DNA of 52,157 nucleotides, taken from a virus. Lineage: Duplodnaviria; Heunggongvirae; Uroviricota; Caudoviricetes. The stretch is taken from IMG/VR virus record IMGVR_UViG_3300026549_000047, positions 1-52,157 of that record. One strand, written 5' to 3'. Made by a program: the position numbers and the translations under genes. The notes under the pieces were generated by a model, which was not told the origin of the DNA, searched no databases, and worked only from the letters and a program-made list of their open reading frames with translations. Of this stretch, positions 10,014 to 18,976 are shown in pieces; positions within the stretch are counted from its first letter, which is position 1, and the number at the start of each line of letters is the position of its first letter.

Positions 10014-11176
10014 ATTTGTTGATTCTTTGCGTCTTGATATTTATAGGCGTCAGGATCTACCTTATGGCCTATTTTATTAGTTATTTTTTCTCCAGCATCC
10101 CAAGTAGCCTTAGTAGCTAAAGCACCTGCACCAATTGCACCAGCCATAGCCTTCTTATTAGCGAGGAATTGACCAGCATATTTTCCTTCTCCTGGATTTA
10201 ATTTACCAGTAGCATCTTTAGAAAGCATACCCTTACCAAGTTTCTGAGCCCACTCCGACTTAGAGTTCATGAGGTTTGTAGCAAATTTACCCACATTCTC
10301 ACGACCCATTACACCAAAAGAGGTCATTGTTGATCCCCAACCGAGTAGTGTTTTACCGGGGTTCTTAACAATTTCTTTTTTCTTGGCAGCTTCAACCAAA
10401 GCATCTTTCTTTTCAGTAATTGTTTTGCTTGTCGAGTCTATTACGGGTTTAGCTTTTTGAATTCCAGCCTGAATGGCTTGTCTACCCTTCACTAGACCTC
10501 TCATCACAGACATAGGTAGCACTGCAAACTGTTTCTGTGTAGCAGCAATCTGCTCTTTCATCTGAGCTTTGTCTGCCTTGTAACCGAGAAGCGTCGGAGC
10601 ACCAACAAAACCAACCCCAGTTCCAAGACCACCTGCAGCAAGAGCTGTTTTAGGATGCTTCTTAGCAAACTCTCCGGCTGCTTTAGTGATTGTACCTAGG
10701 ACAGGGACTGCATAAGATTTCTGGTAAAGGTTACCGTTTTCATCAACGTCCATACCTTCTTTCTTCATATCTCGCTGGATCAGCTTTCCTGCTCCATAAG
10801 CAGCTACACCCATACCAACACCACCAGCAGCATTTCGGGCTAGACCTTTACCAAAGGCTTCCTTACCTGCTGTTCCGATTGCTTGGAGAGCTTGCTTGCT
10901 TTTTACTAGGTTTCTCATAGTTCCCATGGAGAGAGCCACTGAGTATTGACCTTGTTTTAAAACTTGTGCGGCTTGTCCGGCTGCATCGGGATTTGTCTTA
11001 GCGGCTTTGGCTATTTTCTCCAGCTTTTTGTTTTGAGCTCGCATGAGTTCTTGTGTTTCCTCTGCTTGCTCTTCGGTTTGTTTAGCCTGAGAAGATGCTT
11101 GTACCATAGATGCACCTGTTGCACCAATTGTTAATACGGCAGGCCAGAAGAACTCTTTCTGTCTAAATCTAATCAT
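10010..11176 (-). CDS. Leader-bearing Gly/Ala/Lys-rich putative polyprotein (MIRFRQKEFF)
   Basis: 388 aa; internal QGQYS, QKSYA and QKQFA sites separate amphipathic segments. Confidence 0.75.
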   Translation of the reverse strand: MIRFRQKEFFWPAVLTIGATGASMVQASSQAKQTEEQAEETQELMRAQNKKLEKIAKAAKTNPDAAGQAAQVLKQGQYSVALSMGTMRNLVKSKQALQAIGTAGKEAFGKGLARNAAGGVGMGVAAYGAGKLIQRDMKKEGMDVDENGNLYQKSYAVPVLGTITKAAGEFAKKHPKTALAAGGLGTGVGFVGAPTLLGYKADKAQMKEQIAATQKQFAVLPMSVMRGLVKGRQAIQAGIQKAKPVIDSTSKTITEKKDALVEAAKKKEIVKNPGKTLLGWGSTMTSFGVMGRENVGKFATNLMNSKSEWAQKLGKGMLSKDATGKLNPGEGKYAGQFLANKKAMAGAIGAGALATKATWDAGEKITNKIGHKVDPDAYKYQDAKNQQI

Positions 11177-11194
11177 GATGAGTTCCTCCTTTCT

Positions 11195-11494
11195 TTAATC
11201 GTCGTCTCCGCCAGCTTTCTTAAGACCTTTACCAAGACCACGTGTTGCAGCAGCACCAAGACCAGCACCTACCAACCAACCGAGAGGACCAGCAGCCATA
11301 CCTGCTATACCACCCAGAGAGCCAAGTGCACCACCAATACCAGCACCGAGTGTAGCACCGCCAGCCAAACCACCAGCAATGGCAGCAGGCTTTGAATCAA
11401 GGGCTTTACCTACACCACTCGTTACACCGCCAACGGTATTACTAGCAGCTTCGGCTAAACCATATGTTTTTCTCTTAAGTATATACTTTGCCAT
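11195..11494 (-). CDS. Leader-bearing glycine-zipper peptide (MAKYILKRKTYG)
   Basis: 99 aa, almost entirely GxxxG repeats; preceded by an AGGAGG site. Confidence 0.75.
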   Translation of the reverse strand: MAKYILKRKTYGLAEAASNTVGGVTSGVGKALDSKPAAIAGGLAGGATLGAGIGGALGSLGGIAGMAAGPLGWLVGAGLGAAATRGLGKGLKKAGGDDD

Positions 11495-11499
11495 AATAA

Positions 11500-11718
11500 T
11501 TAGGAATTATCTATTTTGCCCCGATGTAATTCCGACGATAGTTTTCGCATCTCCCTACCTAGGTCTCCAACTCTCTGGAGTTCCCTTTGTGCAGTATCCA
11601 TGCGACCCAATCTATCCATGTCGGTGTCATACTTACGTCCCCTTGTGAAACCAATCCCAGGGGCGTTAGTATTTAGGATCTTGGTTTGGGTAAACTTTTT
11701 TCGTCTAAGAACTAGCAT
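11500..11718 (-). CDS. Leader-bearing small protein (MLVLRRKKFT)
   Basis: 72 aa with leader. Confidence 0.7.
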   Translation of the reverse strand: MLVLRRKKFTQTKILNTNAPGIGFTRGRKYDTDMDRLGRMDTAQRELQRVGDLGREMRKLSSELHRGKIDNS

Positions 11719-11721
11719 AGT

Positions 11722-12333
11722 TTATGCGTCCAGCAAGTATATTTTATAATCGAGTCCGAAGGGAAGAATATTCAAGGCATTAATTGCATCACCAATGCTA
11801 TTAAATTCCAAGACAAGCGTACGACCAGGTTTGTCATACTTAATAGCTTCTCCAAGGAGTTCTGATACCTGATATTTAAGACTTACTTCAGGATAAATCT
11901 CGCTATCTATCATAGGTTTCGGTCCTTTCGGTTTACTCCCGTTAGAGAATAGTTTAAGTCGACCATCTTCTGTCTTAGTAGACTCTTCCTTCTGTTGTAG
12001 TTTTTGACCTGGTCCGAAAACACCACCCCTAAAGGTTAGTTTAACACCACCAAGCCTTTCATCATAGTACTTATTGGGAAGCCTAACACTATCAGGGAGT
12101 TTAGCTTTAGCCCCAATCTTTATGTACATTCTATATTTATCTTTACCAAACATAGAAGTACTAATAACGAATCTCTCAATAACGATATTGTTTCCTTTTA
12201 AGATAGGAATGAGAGCACTCATATTAATAACAGGGAACTTTCGTTTATCCCCATTCGTGCGCTTCATAATCTCATTGTAGAGACTCTTCATTGCATCGTG
12301 TTCAGAGTATTCTTTTTGTTTGAATGTTATCAT
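11722..12333 (-). CDS. Leader-bearing protein (MITFKQKEYS)
   Basis: 203 aa; internal RLKLFS site. Confidence 0.75.
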   Translation of the reverse strand: MITFKQKEYSEHDAMKSLYNEIMKRTNGDKRKFPVINMSALIPILKGNNIVIERFVISTSMFGKDKYRMYIKIGAKAKLPDSVRLPNKYYDERLGGVKLTFRGGVFGPGQKLQQKEESTKTEDGRLKLFSNGSKPKGPKPMIDSEIYPEVSLKYQVSELLGEAIKYDKPGRTLVLEFNSIGDAINALNILPFGLDYKIYLLDA

Positions 12334-12710
12334 CAGTCTTCTACGATTGAAAGATTATATTTTATTCCCAGAACCTCAATTACGTCAAGGGCCACACCTA
12401 AGTGATCCGTTTCCGCCGTGATGGTTCTTTCTTTCTTGTTTTCATCGATGATTCGCATGTTACAGTAGTCACTGTCTCCTAAGAACTTCTTAGTATACGA
12501 GTAGAATTCTTTATCCTTAACTGTAATCTGGTAGAAACCTTTTTCATTCTGGATGAAAGACAAAAGAACCATTGCCTTTGAGTTGACTTTACTAGCGGCA
12601 TCTGCCTGAGCGGAAGTAATTGAGTTGTAGCTTATACCCTCCTTCTTAAGCTGCTTGATAGCCTCCGGGATTAAATCTTTTGTGAGGGTCTTCTTTTTAA
12701 AGGTTATCAT
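12333..12710 (-). CDS. Protein with variant leader (MITFKKKTLT)
   Basis: 125 aa, coupled to both neighbours. Confidence 0.7.
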   Translation of the reverse strand: MITFKKKTLTKDLIPEAIKQLKKEGISYNSITSAQADAASKVNSKAMVLLSFIQNEKGFYQITVKDKEFYSYTKKFLGDSDYCNMRIIDENKKERTITAETDHLGVALDVIEVLGIKYNLSIVED

Positions 12711-13830
12711 CTTTTATACGATTTTCTTCTCTTGCCGACATCTCGCCGTCTTTATCTTCTGCATCTAGTCTGGTTACAATTTCTCGAAGGAATTCGTATC
12801 TCGTATCTAAGACCTCATAGAAGTACAGTTCGCATCGGAATTGACACTGAAATGCGAAATTAGAGTTATCATCTGGCTGATAAACGTGATTAAAGTCTTC
12901 TGTGATACTACCCCATTTAACAACACCATTCCACTTTCCGCCGGCCCTATCATAGACTCGGAATTCAGTGAAATTAGTTAAAAGATTGACATTCAAGTAT
13001 TTACTCTTGAAGTCATGGAAGATAGGCATATCCTTTGTGTGAAGTACGAAATCAATAGGTTGCTTATAATAGAGAATTCCTCTGTCGTAGTCCCTTCTCT
13101 TTGGGTGATTGACTAGGACTGGTGTCTGATTAAACTGATATGTTATATAGGAAGTAACTTCTAATGTTCTTTCCTTATTTAATCTAACGAGCTCTACTCC
13201 ATAGTCATCTAAGATACGACGAAGTTCTATAATAAGTTGATCTTGGTAATCAATACCTCTAATTAAGTAATCATTATATCTACGTCTCAGTGTGTAGATG
13301 GTAGTACTCTCTGACGTTAGGACTTGATTATTGATGGGGAGTTTTGGGAAATTTCTTAGTTCCCATCCGCCACCTACTTTTGGTCCTGTCGGTCTTAGGT
13401 ATAATAGGTTTCCAGAATAGAACAAAAACTTTATAAATTCAGGATTTTTATAATCATCTCTAGATATAACAAGTGTCGTGTAGTCGTAAGTTTGAACTAC
13501 CCTAGATTCAGAATCATCAACTATTGTTATACTAATAGCATGTGAATCATGTGTTAACTTCTCCAGCGTCAACCCATTTAGAGTTATAGTAGTTTTTGTA
13601 AAACGGATTGGTCCTGACATGGGTTCCATCTCTAGGTGTCCCGTTCCTACTAGGGGTATACCAAGGGATAATCCAATAGACCTCGCTGTTGAGCCTGGAG
13701 AATACGTAAGTCTAAGAACAGAGGAATCGGTGTCTTCAATGAGAGAATTCATGGATCCTTCTTTCACTTCATAATACCTACATCCTTTCTTACTTACTAG
13801 CCGAAGTCCTCTATAGATTACCTCGTTCAT
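12697..13830 (-). CDS. Virion structural protein, possibly tail completion/terminator
   Basis: 377 aa between capsid and sheath genes; function by context only. Confidence 0.35.
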   Translation of the reverse strand: MNEVIYRGLRLVSKKGCRYYEVKEGSMNSLIEDTDSSVLRLTYSPGSTARSIGLSLGIPLVGTGHLEMEPMSGPIRFTKTTITLNGLTLEKLTHDSHAISITIVDDSESRVVQTYDYTTLVISRDDYKNPEFIKFLFYSGNLLYLRPTGPKVGGGWELRNFPKLPINNQVLTSESTTIYTLRRRYNDYLIRGIDYQDQLIIELRRILDDYGVELVRLNKERTLEVTSYITYQFNQTPVLVNHPKRRDYDRGILYYKQPIDFVLHTKDMPIFHDFKSKYLNVNLLTNFTEFRVYDRAGGKWNGVVKWGSITEDFNHVYQPDDNSNFAFQCQFRCELYFYEVLDTRYEFLREIVTRLDAEDKDGEMSAREENRIKDDNL

Positions 13831-13833
13831 ATT

Positions 13834-14055
13834 TTATAAGTTTTCGTCGCCCATTTCACCTGCGAGGGCTTCTTTACTAGCTTTTCCGTATTTAGCTGCA
13901 CCAACAGCTCCTGCACCAAGAGCGGCTGTTCCGGCTACACCTCCGATTATCTTGGTTTTGCCCCAAGCACCGCTTTTCCATGTATCGGCCAGACCTTTTC
14001 CTAAGGAAGCTAAGCCTGCAAAAGTTTTTCTCTTGAGTTTAATTGTAGTAGCCAT
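13834..14055 (-). CDS. Leader-bearing glycine-rich peptide (MATTIKLKRKTFA)
   Basis: 73 aa; IIGGVAGTAALGAGAVG segment. Confidence 0.7.
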   Translation of the reverse strand: MATTIKLKRKTFAGLASLGKGLADTWKSGAWGKTKIIGGVAGTAALGAGAVGAAKYGKASKEALAGEMGDENL

Positions 14056-14063
14056 AATTTTTA

Positions 14064-14117
14064 TAAAAGAAGGAGGGGAACCTTCACCTTATGTCACTAA
14101 GGGAAAATTCCTCTCCT
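14064..14117 (-). terminator. Rho-independent terminator after the major capsid gene
   Basis: AGGAGAGGAA/TTCCCCTCCT stem followed by TCTTTT on the minus strand. Confidence 0.65.
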
Positions 14118-14155
14118 AATATTAATTTATCTAAAAGATTCTTCAGTTCTCTAGA

Positions 14156-15601
14156 TTAGAAGCCAACCTTGAAGGTAACCTTCTGAACGAGCTCGGGAGC
14201 CATGTAACGAACACCCTCCTGGTAGTAGATACCACTAGCCATCTGAGTGGGGTTGTTGTAGTTACCAATGGTCGGAGTGTCAGTCAGAGGCATGTAGATA
14301 CCACGAGCAAGGGGAGCCATCTGACCATCATGGGTCTTATGGATAGCATAGAATGTACCCTCACCAGCAGCCTCCTGGATGTCAGTTGAACGGAGAACGG
14401 GGATACCATTATACCAGCCGAGCAGGTCGTTGATATAAGTCATCTTGTCGTTCTTCTCCCACTTACCGATGATACCGCCCTTCTGGAACTGGTTACAAGC
14501 CTGGTTACCAGCAACATAAGCAGTAGTGTTGACACCCTTAACGGCCTTTGTAGCCAGAGCGCTCTCAACATTGATCAAGTAAGAGTCGAACAGGTCGACG
14601 CGAGAACGATAGTCATAGAACTTGTTAGCCAGACCAACAGGACCATTGCTCAGATCCAGATCAGACATCGTAGTTCCAGTGTAACCCTCCTCAAGCATGG
14701 TCACCAGCTTATAGTTGATGGTCTTGGTGTAGAGCTCACGCAGCTTGGTGAACAGGAAAGTAGCCATATCTGAACCAGTAGCCTTCTTCAGGGCACCCAG
14801 AGCAGCAATGTTGTACTCAGCAACCAGCATGTCGGGAACAGTGTTCAGACCAATCTGCTGCATCTTAGCGATGAAGCGCTTGTCATTAGCGTGTGCATTA
14901 GAAGCACCGTTAGTGCAGCTAGGAGTACCAGTTACATCCTCCTTACCAACGATGGTAATAGAGTTGGCGGGATCAGCGTCGATAGCAGTAGCCAACTCGA
15001 ACTCAACCTTACCATTCAGGTAGTTCACAGTACCGCTTGTGATAACACCAGCAACGGCCATGAAGTTACCCTGACCATTGTCGATCAGCTCATACTTGTT
15101 AGCACCGTCAACGATCTTAACGCGAACAGTACCGGGGATCAGCTTACGACCAATCAGAGGAGCATAAGCAGTTGTAGCACTAGCTACGGTAACGGGCAGC
15201 TCGAAGTGGCCCATGGTCTGCACATCCTGATACTGATCAGCACCGAGGTTGGGGATCACAGGACGGAGGTCAGTTACGCCCAGAACGTCAAACCAGTAGA
15301 ACAGGCCGTTGGGCTGATCAAAGTCGCGCTCGATTGACATGTAGCCAGCGAAAGAGCTAACATACGATGCAACAGAGGCGTTAAAATACTGAGTGCTCAG
15401 CAGAGGAGTCTCGGCATAGCCAGAGAAGGTCTTCTGCAGGAGGTTAGTGCTGTTCAGGCCAAAGCCAGACAGGAGCTCCTCATTACGGCTAAACATCTTA
15501 GCGTACTCACGGCCACGGATAGCGGCGTCCTCGGCAGATACCGAGCTATTCTTAAGAGCGATCATCATGTTAGGATCACTCATCAACTGTGTATAATTCA
15601 T
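14156..15601 (-). CDS. Major capsid protein (T4 gp23-like, HK97 fold)
   Basis: 481 aa directly after the scaffold, strong codon bias. C-terminal LARGIYMPL...NYNNPTQMASGIYY resembles gp23-type endings; KMFS and KTFS sites near the N-terminus. Confidence 0.8.
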   Translation of the reverse strand: MNYTQLMSDPNMMIALKNSSVSAEDAAIRGREYAKMFSRNEELLSGFGLNSTNLLQKTFSGYAETPLLSTQYFNASVASYVSSFAGYMSIERDFDQPNGLFYWFDVLGVTDLRPVIPNLGADQYQDVQTMGHFELPVTVASATTAYAPLIGRKLIPGTVRVKIVDGANKYELIDNGQGNFMAVAGVITSGTVNYLNGKVEFELATAIDADPANSITIVGKEDVTGTPSCTNGASNAHANDKRFIAKMQQIGLNTVPDMLVAEYNIAALGALKKATGSDMATFLFTKLRELYTKTINYKLVTMLEEGYTGTTMSDLDLSNGPVGLANKFYDYRSRVDLFDSYLINVESALATKAVKGVNTTAYVAGNQACNQFQKGGIIGKWEKNDKMTYINDLLGWYNGIPVLRSTDIQEAAGEGTFYAIHKTHDGQMAPLARGIYMPLTDTPTIGNYNNPTQMASGIYYQEGVRYMAPELVQKVTFKVGF

Positions 15602-15621
15602 TTTTAATTGGGTTTTATATA

Positions 15622-18102
15622 TTATTGTTTAGTCCAGTTCAGCCAGGTGATCAGTGTACCTGCACCTGCATCACTAAATGTCTTCTCAGTCTCGCTGAAC
15701 TGAGCTTCCTGAATTTCAGGTTCTGTAGTAGCGGCGGGAGCGGCTTTTGCCTCCATAATCTGAGCAACACCTTCCTCAACAGTAGCCTTTACACTCTGAA
15801 TAGCAGCGAGAGCCTTGTCCTCGATCTCCTCAACTGTGGGAGCGGGAGCGGGTTCTACAGGCTGAGCCTCAGCAACGGGCTGTTCAGCTACGGCAGGCTG
15901 TGCGGCAGGAATAACTGCTTGAGCAACAGGATCTGCAGAAGGCTGTGCAATAACGGGCTGTGCTACGGGAGCGATTGCCTGAGCGAAGTACTTGTCAAAC
16001 AAGCTAGAGAACTTCTTCTCTTCACCTTCCTCCTCTTTAGGAGCTTCCTCTTCGGCTTTCTCCTCTTCCTTGCTACCACCAGTAAGTCCCTTAGCCTCTT
16101 CCTCGGTGATCTTTGTGACGTCAATTTCATCCTCATCCTTCAGAACAGCCTTGGTGAACTCACCAGCATTTTCTTTATCTTCAATAACAGCAGTCTTGTC
16201 GTCGACCGGAGTAATGACTTCCTTCTCAGACTCTACGGTAGAACCAGTCTCAATAGCTTTCTCGATCTCGTTCTGATCTGCCTCCTCAGAGAACAGACGC
16301 TCCATGTAAGCGGTGAACTCCTCACCCTCACTGAAGTAACGAGTCTCAGCCTCATTGGTCCAATCGTAAGCAGAATAATCCTTCTCCTCAGCCTTACCCA
16401 TCAGGTTCTGTGCATCTTCCTCACTCATAGGATGAACGTTCATAGCCTCGTCGTCAATCATAGTAACCTTGGTGAACTCACCATTACCTTTATCCTGAAC
16501 AACGGCTGTCTTGTCATCCACTGGAGTAATAACCTCAGTAGGAGTCTCAACGGGCTCACCACCCTCGATAGCTGCCTCAATGGCATCCTGGTCAGACTCC
16601 TCAGAGAACAGACGCTCCATGTAAGCAGTCATAGTCTCAACCTCAGACTCGCTGAAGAAACGGGTTTCTGCCTCGTTAGTCCAGAGCTGGTCGTTCTCAC
16701 TAAACTCCTTCTCACCCTCCTCAGCTACGGGCTCTTCTTTACTAGCTGCACCAGTACCAGTCTGATCATTCTCGTCAGACTCGGCCTCAATGATGCTCTC
16801 GTTGCCAGTAATAGCACTAGCCTCCTCAGGAGTAATGGGCTGCAGACGCATATCCTCGCCTTCCAGAGTAGCCTTTGTTACTTCGCCACCATCCTGGATT
16901 ACGGCATTCTGCGCGTCAATAGGAGTGATAATAGCACCACCCATGTCTACGGGCTTACCACTGTTAATAGCCTCCTCAACCTGATCGCGGGTATCAGCAA
17001 TACCAGCAGCGTGCTCAGAGAAGAGACGGCTCATAAATACTGTATCATTTGTACGGTAGTTGTAGGTGAAGAACGACTGAGCACCATAGTGTTCACAGTA
17101 CTCCTTCTGCTCAACAGCCTCGTCAACGTCACCAGCGGCAGGATTAGCACCCAGACCCTCCAAGAGATTGATTGCGTACTCACGAGCACTGTCCTGATTA
17201 TCGAAAATCTGAACAGCCTCTACGCCATCCTCCTCCAACTGAGCCTTGAGCTGCTCTGCACTCTCCTGATCGTATTCCTGTGCATCTACGATAATGTGAT
17301 CGTAGGGCTGAACACCAATCACAAAGAGAGGCATAAACTGCTCTTCCTCGCTAAAGTTCTTGCTATCAAGCTCCGTAACCTCCATGTTCTCGTCGTCAAT
17401 CGTTACCTTGCACTGATCACCTGTTGACTCTGAAGTGACAATTACAGCGTTATCCTCGTCGGCTGACTTCTCAATCTTCAGATCACCGACCTTACTTGTC
17501 TCAGCAGACTCAATAACCTCTGAGAACAGGTAATCGCAGAATTCCTGCGGCATAGAGAAAATCTTCTGCCAAGCAGTATTGTCTGAAGTTACACTGAATT
17601 CCTTCTCTTCCTTACCGCACTCACACTCGGCCTTACCACACTCAGGGCATACTTCACCCTCAGCTGCGGGGCCTTCCTTAGCGGTTTCCTCAACTGACTT
17701 CTCGTGACCAGCCTCAGGGTTCAGACCACCATCGGGCTGATTAGGAGCGATAACAGACTCACCAGTCATGTGAGACTCTACGTTCTCATCAGGAGCACCC
17801 TGCTGGTTACCTTCAGTTACACCATCACTCGACGGATGAACAAACTTCTCAAGCTGCTCGTCCGGAACGGCAACGAGGTCATAGGTATCAGCCTCATCGG
17901 GATTCTTAGATGCGATTGTAATCTCACCCGTACCTTTATCAGTAATGGCTACATCGCCATTATCTTGCTTCTCATATTTAACTTCCTCGGTATCAACGAC
18001 GCCTTCCTTCTCTGCGGCTTTAATGTCATTGCCTACCTGCTCTTTGAGCTCATCGGGTGTCTTCTCAGAAAACATGAGCTCCATCAATCTTGTATTCTTC
18101 AT
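15622..18102 (-). CDS. Large acidic scaffold/prohead core protein with internal domain repeats
   Basis: 826 aa, very Glu-rich, between protease and capsid genes. Repeats WTNEAETRxFSE...MERLFSE...VITPVDDKTAV; about 15 x-F/Y-S/A sites. Confidence 0.7.
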   Translation of the reverse strand: MKNTRLMELMFSEKTPDELKEQVGNDIKAAEKEGVVDTEEVKYEKQDNGDVAITDKGTGEITIASKNPDEADTYDLVAVPDEQLEKFVHPSSDGVTEGNQQGAPDENVESHMTGESVIAPNQPDGGLNPEAGHEKSVEETAKEGPAAEGEVCPECGKAECECGKEEKEFSVTSDNTAWQKIFSMPQEFCDYLFSEVIESAETSKVGDLKIEKSADEDNAVIVTSESTGDQCKVTIDDENMEVTELDSKNFSEEEQFMPLFVIGVQPYDHIIVDAQEYDQESAEQLKAQLEEDGVEAVQIFDNQDSAREYAINLLEGLGANPAAGDVDEAVEQKEYCEHYGAQSFFTYNYRTNDTVFMSRLFSEHAAGIADTRDQVEEAINSGKPVDMGGAIITPIDAQNAVIQDGGEVTKATLEGEDMRLQPITPEEASAITGNESIIEAESDENDQTGTGAASKEEPVAEEGEKEFSENDQLWTNEAETRFFSESEVETMTAYMERLFSEESDQDAIEAAIEGGEPVETPTEVITPVDDKTAVVQDKGNGEFTKVTMIDDEAMNVHPMSEEDAQNLMGKAEEKDYSAYDWTNEAETRYFSEGEEFTAYMERLFSEEADQNEIEKAIETGSTVESEKEVITPVDDKTAVIEDKENAGEFTKAVLKDEDEIDVTKITEEEAKGLTGGSKEEEKAEEEAPKEEEGEEKKFSSLFDKYFAQAIAPVAQPVIAQPSADPVAQAVIPAAQPAVAEQPVAEAQPVEPAPAPTVEEIEDKALAAIQSVKATVEEGVAQIMEAKAAPAATTEPEIQEAQFSETEKTFSDAGAGTLITWLNWTKQ

Positions 18103-18109
18103 CTCTTGT

Positions 18110-18976
18110 TTAATGAATTGTTACTTGTGTACCGTCCAACTGGATAGCACCCTTCTCTACCAGGAGATCTAAGATGTTCTCTGGTGCATCAGGGTAGCGA
18201 TCCCTAATAATCTTAATGAATTGTTCAATACCAAAACTTTGGTTATTATACTCCAACTCAAGATCAGGGATAATACTTGAGTCCGTCAGCCAGGTATCAG
18301 CGTCCTCCGAATAGGTGTGTTCCTCTTCGATGGGAATACCATGTGCTTTCTTAAGAGCAATGATTCCCTTCTCTGGGAGACGCTCCTCTAGCTTTTCGAT
18401 AATATCCTCTCTCTTGATATCTCCATTCATAATAGACGGATCAAGTTCAAGAGTCTTTGTAACGGATATAATTAACTTTGAGAAAGTTTTCTGCATAATG
18501 TAAGCATTAGGGTCAATAGTAACTTGACCATCTTCGCTTACTTTAGCAAAACCTCTTTCCTCTAGGCTCTCACGATCGAGGGCCTCACTAAATGTCTTCT
18601 CATACTCCCCAGTGGTCATAGTTTGTCCAGAGAACTCTTTAAGTTTGTTCTCTAAGGGACTATCAAAGAGTGACTTTCTTTCGATTTCAGCCACGGGGTC
18701 TTTTGGTGTGTCTTTGTCGGTATCTTTCTCGTCCATAAGTTCTGCTTCCTCTACTTTCGGTGTAGGGAATAACTTAAGGATCATTCTTTTACCTCCACAG
18801 TTCGGACACACTGCGTGGGTAGGAGTTTCTGCAGTCTGGATTACGTGACCACAGTCCTGGCAAATAAGCTCATGCAGAATCTCCTCCGCTACTACCTCAG
18901 CTTCCTCATGGGGTTCGTCCGAGAATAACTTCAGACGCGAGGGATACTGGGCACTAAATAATTTAAGCCTTGCCAT
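18110..18976 (-). CDS. Head assembly/core protein with zinc ribbon
   Basis: CQDCGH...CPNCGG; RLKLFS twice, then KEFS, KTFS, KTFS and HTYS sites. Confidence 0.6.
   Translation of the reverse strand: MARLKLFSAQYPSRLKLFSDEPHEEAEVVAEEILHELICQDCGHVIQTAETPTHAVCPNCGGKRMILKLFPTPKVEEAELMDEKDTDKDTPKDPVAEIERKSLFDSPLENKLKEFSGQTMTTGEYEKTFSEALDRESLEERGFAKVSEDGQVTIDPNAYIMQKTFSKLIISVTKTLELDPSIMNGDIKREDIIEKLEERLPEKGIIALKKAHGIPIEEEHTYSEDADTWLTDSSIIPDLELEYNNQSFGIEQFIKIIRDRYPDAPENILDLLVEKGAIQLDGTQVTIH

Noticed and set aside
15589-17427. 612-aa plus-strand ORF
   Set aside because: Antisense shadow of the scaffold gene; biased codon usage depletes reverse-strand stops and the translation is low-complexity Leu/Ser-rich.
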